Shown here in pieces: positions 33,370 through 46,254 of a stretch of DNA of 64,000 nucleotides (position 1 is the first letter of the stretch; each line of letters begins with the position of its first letter). The DNA comes from the human T2T-CHM13v2.0 reference genome, Homo sapiens. Below the pieces are notes generated by a model. The model made no database searches, was not told where the DNA came from, and was given only the letters and a program-made list of their open reading frames with translations. The stretch lies in assembly GCF_009914755.1 (NCBI RefSeq), contig NC_060935.1. One strand, written 5' to 3'. Both the position numbers and the translations under genes were made by a program.

Positions 33370-34049
33370 GGGGGGTGTCCTGACATGAACATCTGCAGCT
33401 ACTTCTCTATTCCCCTCAGCTCTGCTCAACACTACTGCTCCGTTTGTTATTGACCACTGCCTGGAACTCCAGGGTCGCTCCCTCCCTCAGTGTCATATTC
33501 TCCTGTCACTCTGTTCTCAATCGAAAAGGGGTGTAAAGAGGCTGAAATTTCTCTATGTTGCCCTATTCAACAATTTCCACAAAACCACTAACGACAGCTA
33601 TTTTGTATGACATATTTTACTTAAGTGATATAAGGAAAGGCAGAGGGGTAGCACACAGCAAAGAACTTAAAACAAATACTAGCTTGGTCTTAAAAGTCCT
33701 TTGGATATTCCCATCACCATCAACTTCTCTAACTTTTGCCTCTTCTGGGTAATGGGTTCTTTCATTTTCCCCAATTCTCATGATGTTCTCTATTTATATC
33801 CATTACTGCCTCTTGACTCTTCCTAGTAAGTCTACTCAAGGGAATTAACATTTCCTTTTTACAATGAAAAGCAATACCTTGACTCACTCTCCTCCTGGCA
33901 GGCCAGGCCCTGAGCCTTATCTTTTCATCATATGCCCATCAAGGTATATTGCTAAAGAGAAGAGAGCTCTCCAATTTCAGAAGTTCTGCCTAAGCTTTAA
34001 CGTAAGTTATTTTTCCCCCGCTCCCTGTAATTTTTGCCTATTTACTTAT

Positions 34050-34195
34050 CAGCTCCCCATACCCCATAGTAGATAGTGAGCAATTTGAGTGCTAGTTCTA
34101 TATTGGTTATGTTCACCAGTGTGTTCTAGGGTTGAGCAGAGACACATAGTAGTTGCCCAATTAATATCTGCTAGACAAATGATTCATGAATGAAA
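34050..34195 (+). mobile_element. L2 3' tail
   Basis: gacacatagtagttgcccaattaatatctg...atgaatgaa. Confidence 0.6.
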
Positions 34196-34734
34196 GAATA
34201 CAGGGATCCTATGTGCCAGTATGAAGCTGTGCAAGGTCTGTGCCTTAACCTGCCAGGAGGAAAAAACCTCAATGAAGGAGTCCTTGGAGAATGACAAGGG
34301 TCAAAAAATGGGGGAAGTCCAGTTCCATTGTTAAATCTACAAGGTGAAAGTTCAGTTTGAAACAAGGCAATCTAAAGGATCCTACACCGAATGACTGAGA
34401 ATGAAGTGGGGAGTAGTAGGGCTGAGGACCAGGGACTGGGGGTTTAGGGGGTCATGTGTCACCATGTGCCACATGGTATGTGGCTGGGCAGGGTTTCATA
34501 AAGCAGAGCTGAGGAGGGAACATGGGTGTTTTGTCCCCCAACCCATTTCAGAATCATTTCCCTCTCCCTTAGTATGAACTTGGGTGTGTATGTATTTGCA
34601 CGCAGGCACACACACAATCACAGGTATTTATGTATGGAGCATTTGGATCAGACTTTTAAGAGCAGATGTGAAAATGCCAGTGACTTTAAAACATGGCTGA
34701 TGGTAAGAACAATTTTTTTTTCCTTTAAGGAAAT

Positions 34735-34990
34735 AGTATAATAGGGTGCCTAAGACGACTGGGTTTTGGAGTCAGGCAGTCTGTAATGCTGGCTCCACCT
34801 CTCAGAAGTGGTGTGACTTCAGGATGAGGAAACTGCAGGGGCCTTAGTTTCCTGAACTCTAATAGTAAAATAACAATACCTAATGCATAGGCTTACTAGG
34901 AGCATTAAGTAAAATAAAATTATCTAATATGTGTGAAGTACTTAGCATAGTCTCTGGCATGCAATAAAATAAAACTATTGTTAGTGTTAA
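34735..34990 (+). mobile_element. MIR SINE, near full length
   Basis: ttggagtcaggcagtctg...ccttagtttcctg...aagtacttagcatagtctctggca. Confidence 0.8.
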
Positions 34991-35958
34991 TAGTCAACAA
35001 ATACTTCCTGACTGTCGACTCTGTGTCTGATGCTTTGCTAGGATAGATGACTATGAAGAATAAGGCTGTTTTCACAGATGTTCCTGGGTAAAGATACGCT
35101 TTAAGTATTTCCCTTGCATATACTATCTAAGGGCAGCAGGTAGCAATTGGGGTTTATCCTGAGTGTTCGATCCAGGTATCTAAAGACTTGGCCTTTTGAA
35201 TGCACTGGTGACTCTGGGCTGAGAGAAGGAAAAGGCACCACCTTCCAGGAGAGAGATTATCTATGGAGCAGCCCATTCGGCCGCATCCTAGGTTTTCCTA
35301 GGAGATTTCCCCATCGTCCAAAAACCAATGAGGTCTGACCTTGCAAGATGGATGAGCTCCCAGCCCAGAGCCATGTGACTGCAGCTGAGGACGAGCCCAT
35401 TCATAACCCAGGCACAGACAGACCCGTTAGCGACATTGCTGCGGGCGAGCTATTACTTACAATGTAGTTAGTGTCGTTTAACCAGAATGGATGGGACACA
35501 ATGTTTGAAAGAAGAGCCCTGAATCTGACCAAGAGGAAAATAAGTTAGAGCAGCAGCGGGCTGGTCTAGGGAAAGAGGGGGCAGAAACAGGGGTTTCCAC
35601 TGAAGACAGGTCCTCTCTACTCAATACAATTGTTTTTCTTTATTAATAAAATGTTCAAGATTAAAGCTCCCACTGAAGGATCTGATGTGAGGTTAAATCA
35701 TTGGGGAAAAGTGGACATGGCTGCAGAAAGAGAAAATACAAATTATATGGGAGAAAGAATAGCAGGGCTTAGGGACGGTGGTAACCATGACCATAGGGAT
35801 GGAGCAGTGGAAATTGTAACTGTTTGGAATTTTTTCTAAGGCCTGATGTCTGGGAGCTCGTCTAATTCTGCCACTTTAAGGGTCTACTCTGCAGTCCTCA
35901 AAGTTCAGATGATTCTTCCCCAAACCATCAAAGACAGCCCTGGCTGTCTCTGGTGAGT

Positions 35959-35988
35959 ATGTGTGTGTGTGTTTGTGTGTGTGTGTGT
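35959..35988. repeat. (TG)n microsatellite
   Basis: Visible. Confidence 0.9.
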
Positions 35989-36334
35989 AAGCATCAAGTT
36001 CTCAGCCCAACAATGATTTATTTTCCCTTACAGAGTTCTTATGCCCATGAGGATGACCTATGAATCCCAGAAAGATACAGGTAGATAAATTTTCCATTCT
36101 CCCCCAACCTTGCTCCCTTTCTAGATTCCTTGGAGATTATCAGCAATGGCAAAGGCACAAGAAAATATATGTGAACTCTTGCTCCTCAGAAATATGTTGT
36201 GGCCAGTTTCCTGATAGGACACACCAGTGGATCCTATAATTCCAGCAGCCAGCTTGAGTCCCATCTCCCCAGTGAAGTCTTTCATGAACTACCCTGACCC
36301 CCATTGCTTTCTTCTGCACCTGGCAGGAAGCTAG

Positions 36335-36550
36335 TAGCTATAGAGCAGAAGAGTATAAGGTTTGGGTGAGACAAATGGGCTCCAACCCAAGATCTACAAC
36401 CTTTGAGCTGTGTAAACTTACCCTTTTAAGTATCTGATTCTTGCTATAAAATGGATTAATCATAGTGCCTACTTCACAGAGTTGCTGTGATTATTGAGAA
36501 GATGTATATAAAGTACTTAGCATTGCAAGCATTCAATAAAGACTACTATT
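36335..36550 (+). mobile_element. MIR SINE
   Basis: ataaaatggattaatcatagtgcctacttcacagagttgctgtgattatt. Confidence 0.75.
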
Positions 36551-37459
36551 TCTCTCTGGCAACCTCCCATCATCCTTTTCTGTTTCCAGAATTGAGAATC
36601 ACCAGAGAACTCTGTTCCAGGAATCAAGTGATTAAAGTTACAGTTCCAGTGTCATCACTAAATAGCAAGGTGACCTTGGATGCCTCATTTTATCAAATCT
36701 CTCCATTTTTCAACCTCTAAAAGTAGGATAATTTCACAGATTTGTTATAAGGATGAAAAGAGAAAATGGATGGGAAAAGTTTGTGAAAGCCTTTGAGATG
36801 TAGGACAATAAAAATGGGAAGAGATCTGCTGGGATGTTATCTAGCCCAACCTTCCACCAGGGGCTCACTGAGACTCTGCATGGAACTTTCACTAATGGAA
36901 AAATCACTCCCTCGCAGCAAGGTTTCATTGTTGGCAGACACAAAAAGGACTTTCAAAAATTATTTTTAAAATTTAAGAGATATTATGTCTCTAGGATGAT
37001 ATACATGTTTCAAGTAGTATTAAAAGCCACACTGATGGATATGTAATAATAAACGTATCTGTTATTAATTTTTAAAAAGAAAGAAACATTATGTAGTACC
37101 AATTTGCTTGCCAATCACCAAGTTTTTTCCTGGGACATAGCAGGCAACTAGACAATGCACGGAGCATACATAGGGTGCAGACTTAGAAAGGTTTTCCATG
37201 CATTGAAGTGAGTTGGATTTCCTGTAGCTTCTTACCTATTGAGTAGTGCTGCCCCCTATGTCAATGACCATCACCGTCTCCCCAAACACACACACATATA
37301 CACAGCAGGGTTCTTAATTCCAGCTTTCTTCAATGGTTCCTCATTAGATATATGACCCAGTATGAGCAAAGTGTCCTCCTTCACTTTTACCCCTCACCTA
37401 GAGATTAGAGAAGCAAACAATTTGCATATGGTTCCAGAGTTATTTCTTCCAAAGAAATC

Positions 37460-37810
37460 ATGTAATAGGATAACACTAGCTGCTGAAACAAATAAGCCCC
37501 TCAGTCTGGCTTTAGCACAACAGATATGTGTTTTCTCATTTACCTAATGGTTTTATGCTAGAAGCCCTCCAGATGGTAATTAGGCTTCAGAACCCTTCAA
37601 TATTGCCTCTTTATTCTCACCTATGGCTGCAAAATCTTCTGCGTTTAGCTAGTAGATGGGAAGAGACTGTGGAAGATACACCTATTTCTTAAGCTCCATT
37701 ATTTGAAGGTGATGTACACCACTCCTGCTCACACTCCATTGACAAGAATTCTAGTCCTATGGCCCTTCCTGGCTTCAAGAGAGACCAAGAAATTATAGTC
37801 CCTAATTGGG
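37460..37810 (-). mobile_element. Old MaLR LTR (MLT1J/K/L-like)
   Basis: ggataacactagctgctgaaacaaataagcccc...ggctttagcacaaca; ctcctgctcacactccattgacaagaa. Confidence 0.6.
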
Positions 37811-38899
37811 CGGCTAGTTGCCATCATCAAGTCTCCAATATAGAAGCTAGCTATCCCTGTCATGAAAAGGGCCAATTTTATAATAGTAAGAGTAACAGGC
37901 ATTTGCGAGCGACACAGGTAGTCTTTGGAAGGAAATTGCCACTGTGGTACTTTCTATTTCATTTTCAAGACCTCTTCCCAGCCTTCTTCCACCAAATTTG
38001 CTGCATAGAATTTATCTTTCTCCCCACATTGTGGAGACAGCAGGAACTGAGCAGAGAAGAATTTCTGAGGCAGCAGATTTAAGAGCCAAGAATAAAGTGG
38101 GGACTGACTCTTTTTTCTAGGATAGGCATGTGGGGACAGAAACAACAGGTCAGGGAGGAGTTAAATGACAAGGACTGTGAGAAAGCAGATGAGTGAAGAG
38201 GTGAAAGCAGGAAACTGAGAGCACCCACATGGGATGTGTGGGGCCACATCCTTCTGTGTGGTGCTACATCCTTCTGTGTGGTGCTGGCAAACAGGTAAGC
38301 TTAGATGAACCTATGCTCTATTTCCCTTTTTCTCTCTACTCCTTCCCTTTCTATTTTATGGTTTTGGGGCTGATCACCTGAACATTTTACAAAAGAACTA
38401 TTTAAATGCCAATGGGATTAGTGTCTTTTGCATAAGAAAAGTGGGCTAGATGGTATTCAGAATGGATCAAAATGAGTCATTCTTTGGTCTTATGATAAGC
38501 ATTAGCCCACAACCTCAATTTGGAATAATCAAAAGTGAGGAATAACCACCAGGAGATGATGACCCCGCATGAGAGATATTCAGTCAGTTCTCTCGTTGCT
38601 TATCTCCCCAAAGCAATAGCTAAAGATACATCCTGAAAGCCATGAGAGTTTCAAGCACCTTCCCGTTGATGCTCACTGCGATTTCAAATACAGCACTGGA
38701 AATGAGCATAATTATCCTGATATGTGTGGACAGTTCAGTGCACAATAGGTTGAGATGATTAACTCTCTTATTCAGGACACTACATTTCTATTATGTTACA
38801 TTAGTCTTGTTGAAAGTCATGTACCATGCTATTCCATAATGAGCTTACAGTCAACTAATCCCCTATGGCTTTGTTTTACACGAATTTCTAGAAAACTAA

Positions 38900-39130
38900 G
38901 ACTTCTCCCATTCTATATTTGCACAGTTCATTTTGGAACTAAGGGTGGGACCCAAAATGTATCTCTGATAAAATTCATCTTGTGTATTCTATCCCCTCCT
39001 TCTAGCCTGCCTTCTGAATCTAGATTTTGTCATACAGCGTTATTAACTATCCCTCCCAGCTGGGTGCCATCTGCAACTTTGATAGCAAGCTTTCTCCATG
39101 ATTTAGGCAGACATTTGTGATGGTCAAGTT
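38900..39130 (-). mobile_element. CR1/L3 LINE reverse-transcriptase relic
   Basis: Minus strand ~39085-39043 reads IKVADGTQLGGIVN, matching the CR1 RT motif (L)IKFADDTKLGG. Confidence 0.65.
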
Positions 39131-39379
39131 TCAGCAGACTACTGTTTTGCATAGGCTATTGTTAAAATGAGCTTGTATCCCTTTGCATATATTATTCAAT
39201 GAAAGGAAATTAGTAGGCCAGTGAACCAATGGTTGAGCTACCAACTGCAGAGAAGGTGACATGTTAAAACTTTGAATTGGCTCTATTTTACTTTTTGTAT
39301 TGCTCCTGAAAGGTGAAAGGGGATAGCAGAAAAATCCTTTCTTGGTGCTGGAGAAATTGTTTGTTCTTGTTTGAGGACT

Positions 39380-40306
39380 AATAGATGTCTAACAGGTATC
39401 ATTGGAACTTGCACATAACCAAAGCAAAACTTTTATTTTCCCTCCCAATCAGCTTCTCCCTAAGCTGCCTCATCTCAGAAAATGACACTTTCATTCTTCC
39501 ATTTGCTCAGTCCATAAAACCTTGGTGTCATTTTCACTCTACTTTTTTTTTTCCCACTCCAAATGCAAATTATTAGCAAATTTTTTCAGCTCAACCTTCA
39601 GAAAATATCCAGGACTTCATCATGTTTTCATCACCCCAACTGCCACCACCCTTCTTCACCCTGACATCTTCTCTTGCCTGGATTATAGCCACAGCCTCCG
39701 AAGAGGTGAACCTGTCTCCTGATTTCCATTGTTGTCCAACCATAGCCCCCTTAGCAGCCAAAGCCATCCTTTAGAAAAACTAAGTCAGATCATGCCACTC
39801 TTCCGCTTAAAGCTCTCCGACGGCTCACTCAGAACGACCTATGCCAGCCTAAAGCGTCCTAGATGATCAGGCCCTTCTGATCCCTCTGACCCCTCTGACC
39901 TCCTCTCTCAGTCCTCCCGCTTGTTCACTGCACTTCGGCCACAGCTTTGGCTGTGCCCTTTCTATTTTACATTTTTTCCTGCTAAAATGCTCCTTTCCTG
40001 GTTATATGCATAGCAAGGTTTTGTTACCTTTTCATAAGGCCTTCTCTAACCATCCTATATAAAATAGCACACCTCTCCCACCTCGAGTGTTTTTTTCTGT
40101 CTTTTTATTCCATTTTATTTTTCTCCATAGCCTTTAGCACTACCTGGGCACAATATTCACTGATTTCTGGCTTATTGTCTCTCTCTTTCCACTAGAATAT
40201 AAACTCCATAAGGGCAAGGGCTTTGTTTTGTTCACTACTATACTCTAGTGCTTAGAACAAGCCTGACACATAAAAAGCTTGCAATAAATATGTGTGGAAT
40301 AAATGA
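39380..40306 (+). mobile_element. L2a LINE 3' region
   Basis: gatgtctaacaggtatc...ctcttgcctggattatagccacagcctcc...aagtcagatcatgccactc; tail gcttagaacaagcctgacacataaaaagcttgcaataaatatgtgtggaataaatga. Confidence 0.85.
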
Positions 40307-43300
40307 GCCAGTGGCATTGAGTTCAACATGGTGTTATCTGGTCTCAGTTGCTTCAGATGTAATGTGATATTCGTTCAACAGATTTCAATCCATTTTTTCT
40401 CCCAATGCTAAGGAATTCTTCCTTTAAGTGAATATATAAGCAGAAATCAAACCATTTCAACCAGAAAAGCTCCACTTCTAATTAATTAATTATATTAAGT
40501 GAGCTTTTCTGGTTTACATGAGGGTAGAAAATAAATCAAGAACTGCCCCCCACTCCCCCAGTCATCATGTCTGCTCCAAAGTTTCCTCAGGGAGAATGTT
40601 TAAAAACCACAAAACCTAAATATTTCTATGACTTGATCAGTATGATGACTAGGAGTTACCAGAATTCATTACTAAGAATCATTGTGGTATATCATCATTT
40701 ATGAGATTTTTTTAAAGGGGAAGCAATTATTTTTTAAACCTTATTTGAGCTTAGCTCTTACATCTTCCCTCCCAGTACTGAGGTGGGGGATAGATTAGAT
40801 GACCTCTGAAGGTCTTGTTTCAGGATGAAGATTGTATGATGAAACATGAGCAGCCAGTGCTGCCATAATGTGTGTTCCTGCCTGAGATAGGAGAAAGGAG
40901 CTGTGGATTTTAGGGGAAGATGAAACTGAAATTTCAAATGCGACTCAACCCATTGCTGAAATGGAGGAACATTAAGTCTTCAAAGTTAAATGCAGATTCA
41001 ATTAGAAATTTCACTGAAATTTCAAATTACAACCATTTTTCCCTCTAAACGACAGAATTATATGGCGTCAAGGAGAAACTGACAGGTAATTTGGGAAACT
41101 AAAGGTTCCTTGGACTCCGTAGTTAATGGAGAGTTTAGCACCAATTCCTGCGTAATTTGCACTTCTGAGAAGCAGAATTATTATAAAGTCAGACATCTCC
41201 AGCACTTTCAACTCTTGGATCTGCCGGGCTCTAAGATGACCAGGAATGTGGAAGGACCGAGGTCAGAGGTTGCCATTTCAATATCTGAGGCTGCCCAGCT
41301 CCCCCAAACTGGCATTTGAACTGAAGAGTTGAAAATTGGAGGTGACATTCAGAAGTCTCTGAAAATTATAACCCCGACTTCCTCCTTGAAAAGCTTATCT
41401 GAATCCTAGCTTATCCTTTGATGGGGTTACTGAAAAAGCACTCTGCTCTGAGCTCTTGAAAGATAACATTCAGCGCAAGTGAGGCCTGGCTGTATCCCTT
41501 GGGGGAAAACAGTGGCAGATGTAACAAGCTGGGGACGCTAATTAAAGGGTCTGGGCAACTTTCTGGGGATGAAGGAGTCTGCCCCTTCAGTCTCTGCTCC
41601 TCATGCTCATCAGGGAGTAACACCCTGAGTGCATGGGGCCCCATTAATAGAGGGGCCCTCCACTGCTGCCCCAGGAGGCAGCCTTCGTGCCTAAAACGGG
41701 GGTCACTCGGGAGAGGATGACTTCTCCTGCTGCTCAGGTGGCTTCTCTGCCTGTCTTTCTGTGGAACAGGGATGAGAAGGGAGTGAAGAGCTGCAAGGCC
41801 AAAGATCCCTTCTTTCCCAGGCATCAGGTAAGTCTCAGCAGTCCTGCAGACTGAACCACGGTCAGTGTTGGAATCAATGCTCCCGACTCCTTTGAGATGC
41901 AACTAGAACCATCCCTCATTTACTGCCACCAGTGCCGGTCTACTCTCTTTCTGAGCTCCACACTGCTCAGGGTCTCTCATGTTTGTTTTTGCCCTTCTCA
42001 TTCTCTGCCTTACATGGCTATTTAAACATTTGCTGTGGGTTCCAGGACCTTCCAGCCAGGTGATAAGGTCCGTGAAAGCAGGAACTGTGTCTTATAATTG
42101 TAGCGCTCCCAAAGCTTCCTATAAGTTGCTGAGTACATAATAGGTGCCCATAAAATACTCTGCTCATCATCCGTCAAGTATCCAGTGAGCATGTTCGTTT
42201 TGTAGGACATGGCCCACTAAGTAGGAACCTGCTGCCTCCTCCTGCCCCCTGCCTCTGCCTCCAGCTGGCTGTGTGGCTTTGGACAAATAAACTCACTCTT
42301 GTAGCCTCCGTTTTTTACCTATCGTGAAGGGTAGAAAAGCCAGCCTTGTCTATTTCATAGCATAGTTGTAAAGGTTAAAGCAGTAAATTAATATGCTTGG
42401 TTTTTGGTCAAAATTATAATTTTTGTTTATAAGCACATGGGATTTAGGCTAGAGTTTTAGACACCTCTCTGGGTGTCAGTTTTTTAAGTAACATTTTTCA
42501 TTCTTTATATTTTTAAAATGTATCCATTGTTCAATAAATATGCAATGAGTACTCACTATATGCAGAATATTGTGCTACCTGCTAGGAATAAAAGGATGCA
42601 TCTAAGCCATGTCTCCTTTCCTACCATCTTACATTTCAGTGAGAGAGATAAGATTGGCAAACAACTAATAGATAAAACAAATGTTTCCTTATGTAAGAGA
42701 CGATTATTACATATTGTTGTATATTCCCTATGATTATGCATATTACTCAAGTTGTATTAATTCTGCAAACATGTACCTATATGATTCTAAAAATGTCAGA
42801 TGAACCACAAAAAAAATCCATTCCTGGACTTTGTAAAACACAAATCCACTTGATTTGTAGAGGTTTCTTTATAAAAATAAGCACTGGTTATGGAAAGAAA
42901 CAGCAAAACCTTTTTTAAGTGAGTATCTAGGTGGGAAAAGAATGGTTTTAGAAGACATACAGCCAAGTGTACAGGTCAGCGGGCAGCTCAAATAATACCC
43001 TCAGCCCCAATGCCAGTCCTGAAACAAAACCAGTGGAGGCTGAGCAGCCTCTGCAGCAGATAAACCACCAGACACATGGCCATGGAAGAGTCAGTGCTAA
43101 GGAAGGGACTTGGGAAAGTGGGAAGCACCATCTGGGGCTGTTCTGGAGCAAAGAGTTCTCTGAGCTGACAGTCCAAGTTAAGCAGTAAACAATCATTGAT
43201 TTTGCAAACAGAGCGTTCTTTCCTAAACCAAAGAGTAATCTTCTTATGTGCACAATGTGGAAAGGACAGTTGGTCCCAGGATGGTCTTTTTCATCTACGG

Positions 43301-43749
43301 CCGCACACACAGATAACAGTTATTGTCAGTATCACCATTCCCTAAAATAAATGACAGATAAATACAAATCTGGGAAGCTCACACATAGATGTACTATCTT
43401 CATAAAGTCCTTGTGTAACATAAAAATTTAATAACCCAGGTCATAGGTGTGGTAAAAAAAAAATCTGTAAGTAGTGTTTTAAAACAAATGTACTAAAGTT
43501 TGTGACAACTGTGCTACTCAGTCCCATCAGGTAAATTTTGATGTCTTTGTGTATATAATCTATCTTGTTCTCCCCAAAATGCCTAGAAGAGCATCTGGAA
43601 ATAGTAGATGTCAACAAATTCATTTTTTAAAAGTTGTACTTAAGTGTTGCTAGAATAGCTAAATCAGTAGTGAAATAGTCAGTCATCTTATTCTGTTAAA
43701 AGCCCATCAATCAGATTGGCCCATTTGTTTTCCCTCTTTTAGAAAGTTA

Positions 43750-43856
43750 GCCCCATAAGAGCAGATCTTGTCTTTTGTATTCACTGATAAACTCTCAGTT
43801 CCTAGAACAGTGTTTGGCATATGGTAGGTGCCCAATAAACATTTCTTCAGTGAATG
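43750..43856 (+). mobile_element. L2 3' tail
   Basis: cctagaacagtgtttggcatatggtaggtgcccaataaacattt. Confidence 0.75.
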
Positions 43857-45409
43857 ATCCAGTAGGCAAACTTGTTGACTGAATACATTGGTTTCAAGTC
43901 CCTGTTAACAAGTAAGGGACCTTCTGTACTAGTTGAACTGAAATCATATTAGCTATGCAACAAAAGTTCATTCGTTTATTCATTTATTCTCCATTTATTT
44001 ACTTATTTATTCATTCATTCAAAAAGAAGCTATTTAGCATTGAGTATGTTCAAGTGACTGTGATGGAAGACACAAAGTCACATTATGGGAGGCACGAAGA
44101 TGGACAAGAAATATTTTCCACCACTAGAAAAGTTATAATCATGTTTGTATCATGGAGAGAAACGTAACCAAATAGAACAATTGGATTAGGGTTGAATTGG
44201 AAAGATAACCTCTCAAGTTTCCTTAATTCTGAGATTCTGTGATACTGTGATTGAAGTGCTAATTTCAGATATCTATGATACATGCAACCTGATGTTATTG
44301 AGATTAAAAAATTAAACTCTTTTAATGGCAAGGGATTTATGAAGAATGTGTATTTTGAGTGAATTGGTATTTGAGAGCTAGAGGATCACTAGATTGCCCT
44401 GGGTTCTGAGCAGCCTCCACATCACTGGGTCGGATAGTGTACTATCCATGCCTTCCATGCCTTCCATGGAGTGTATTGCCTGCAGCCCGAATTCAGAATG
44501 ACCTTGGCCCCAGCCAGTAGCCCTCCTACAGAACAAGTCACCCTCTTATGTACCATACCTCCACGGAGTCACCGTGGATCTGCTGCTAAAACATGGAGGG
44601 AGTGTGTAAAAGTCACAGCCACATTAAATTTGAAGAGGATGACAGATATAACTTGAAAGTCATAGAAATCAGCTTCAAGCAGAATAATCCCTTCCATTAT
44701 ATAGACTTTAGTTTCTGAAATGTTTTTCTTATACGTTGTCTCATTGGGTCTTTTACAATACCTGTTTTTTTTTTTTAACTTTCTCCACTCATTTTATTGA
44801 AGAGGGCACTCAGTCTCTAAGTGGGAATGTCGTTTGCTCAAGCCAACATGATTAATCAGTGGTAGAACTAGAATATGCTTTTTCCTCCACACCATGAAGC
44901 CTCCCACATTGGATACTATGATTCTGTGGGAGGACCAACTATCCTTTCTTTGCACAGGGAGAGGCTCTCTCTGCCCAAAGGTGAGGTTATAAAATAATGC
45001 AGTCCCTATGCCCCAAGACCCTCTGTGATGCCAGCACCAGACAACATTTCTCCTGATTCACTAGTGTAGTATGACCCACTGGCTCCCAGCAGGCCAATCA
45101 GCTGACAGCTGGAGGAGAGGTACTCCATCTTTTATGCTTGTCAACTCCATGAATGTATTAAGGTATCAAGAGAAGACAGCACCAGGGAGACTTTGGGCCA
45201 CAGCCAGGACCAAAAGCATAAAGTGAAGGGGCAGACAGAGTTGGAAGATAAGCTCCCTGCCTCAGTTGTCTGGAAGGGGGTAGCAAGGGCAGTCTTTCTG
45301 CGTGGGCTACTCTGGAGTACCTAGGTCTAATGATGCCATTTATCTTTTGAAGCCACCACTATGAAGGGCCATTTCAAAGGATATTGGGGGTCATAGGCCT
45401 AGAGGTTTT

Positions 45410-45600
45410 TGCAGTGGAGTCAAAAATCCTGGATTCAAGTTTCACTTCTATCCTTCATAGTATATACAGTCTTGGGCAGAACACCAGAAACTATCCATAA
45501 AATGGAGATAAAATGATACCATACCATCTATACCACCAGCTTTTTAGGATGATCAAATAAAACAGCATTTATGGAAATTCCTTGGAAATATTCATATTCT
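45410..45600 (+). mobile_element. MIR SINE
   Basis: ggagtcaaaaatcctggattcaagt...ccataaaatggagataa. Confidence 0.6.
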
Positions 45601-45951
45601 GTACAAACATGAGTACATTTCCCGGTGCAGGGGAGTATGATGAGTCATCCTCCAACAACCCCTACCCTCCAGGGCCTGGTGCTCCTACCCTAGCCAGTAA
45701 CAGTAGCTCAGCTAGTTCCTGCTGACAGCAGCATTTTTAGGCTTACCAACACTGGCTTACAACCCACAGGGAAGAACAAGGACCAAGATGTGCAAATTGC
45801 AGAAAAACAAAGTTTGGCTTCACATAAATTGCTATAATAATAACAACTAACCTATATTGAATGTTTGCTCTGTGTCAAGTCCTCTGCTAAGTTCTTTGCT
45901 TATATGAACTTATTTAATATGTTAAACAAAATTATGACCAATCATTTAATA

Positions 45952-46254
45952 CATATTCATTCATTCATTCATTTGAGACAGGGTCTGGCTCTTTCACCCA
46001 GGTCAGAATGCCGTGGCACAATCTCAGCTCACTGCAACCTCTGCCTCCCAGGTTCAAGAGACCTCCTACCTCAGCCTCTCGAGTAGCTGAGACAACAGGT
46101 GTGCACCACCACATCTGGCTAGTTTTTGTATTTTTTGTGGAGATGGTGTCTCACTTTGTTGACCAGGCTGATCTTAAACTCCGGAGCTCAAGCAATCCAC
46201 TGCCTCCGTGTCCCAAAGTTCTGGGATTAGAGGCATGAGTCACTGCACCCAGGC
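45952..46254 (-). mobile_element. AluJ (Jb-like), full length, with (CATT)n tail
   Basis: Dimeric Alu with J-type positions (gagacagggtct, ctcaagcaatcc). Confidence 0.9.

Noticed and set aside
44432-44470. Short palindrome ggatagt-gt-actatcc followed by (ccatgcctt)n
   Set aside because: A 7-bp stem and tiny tandem repeat are expected by chance in 64 kb
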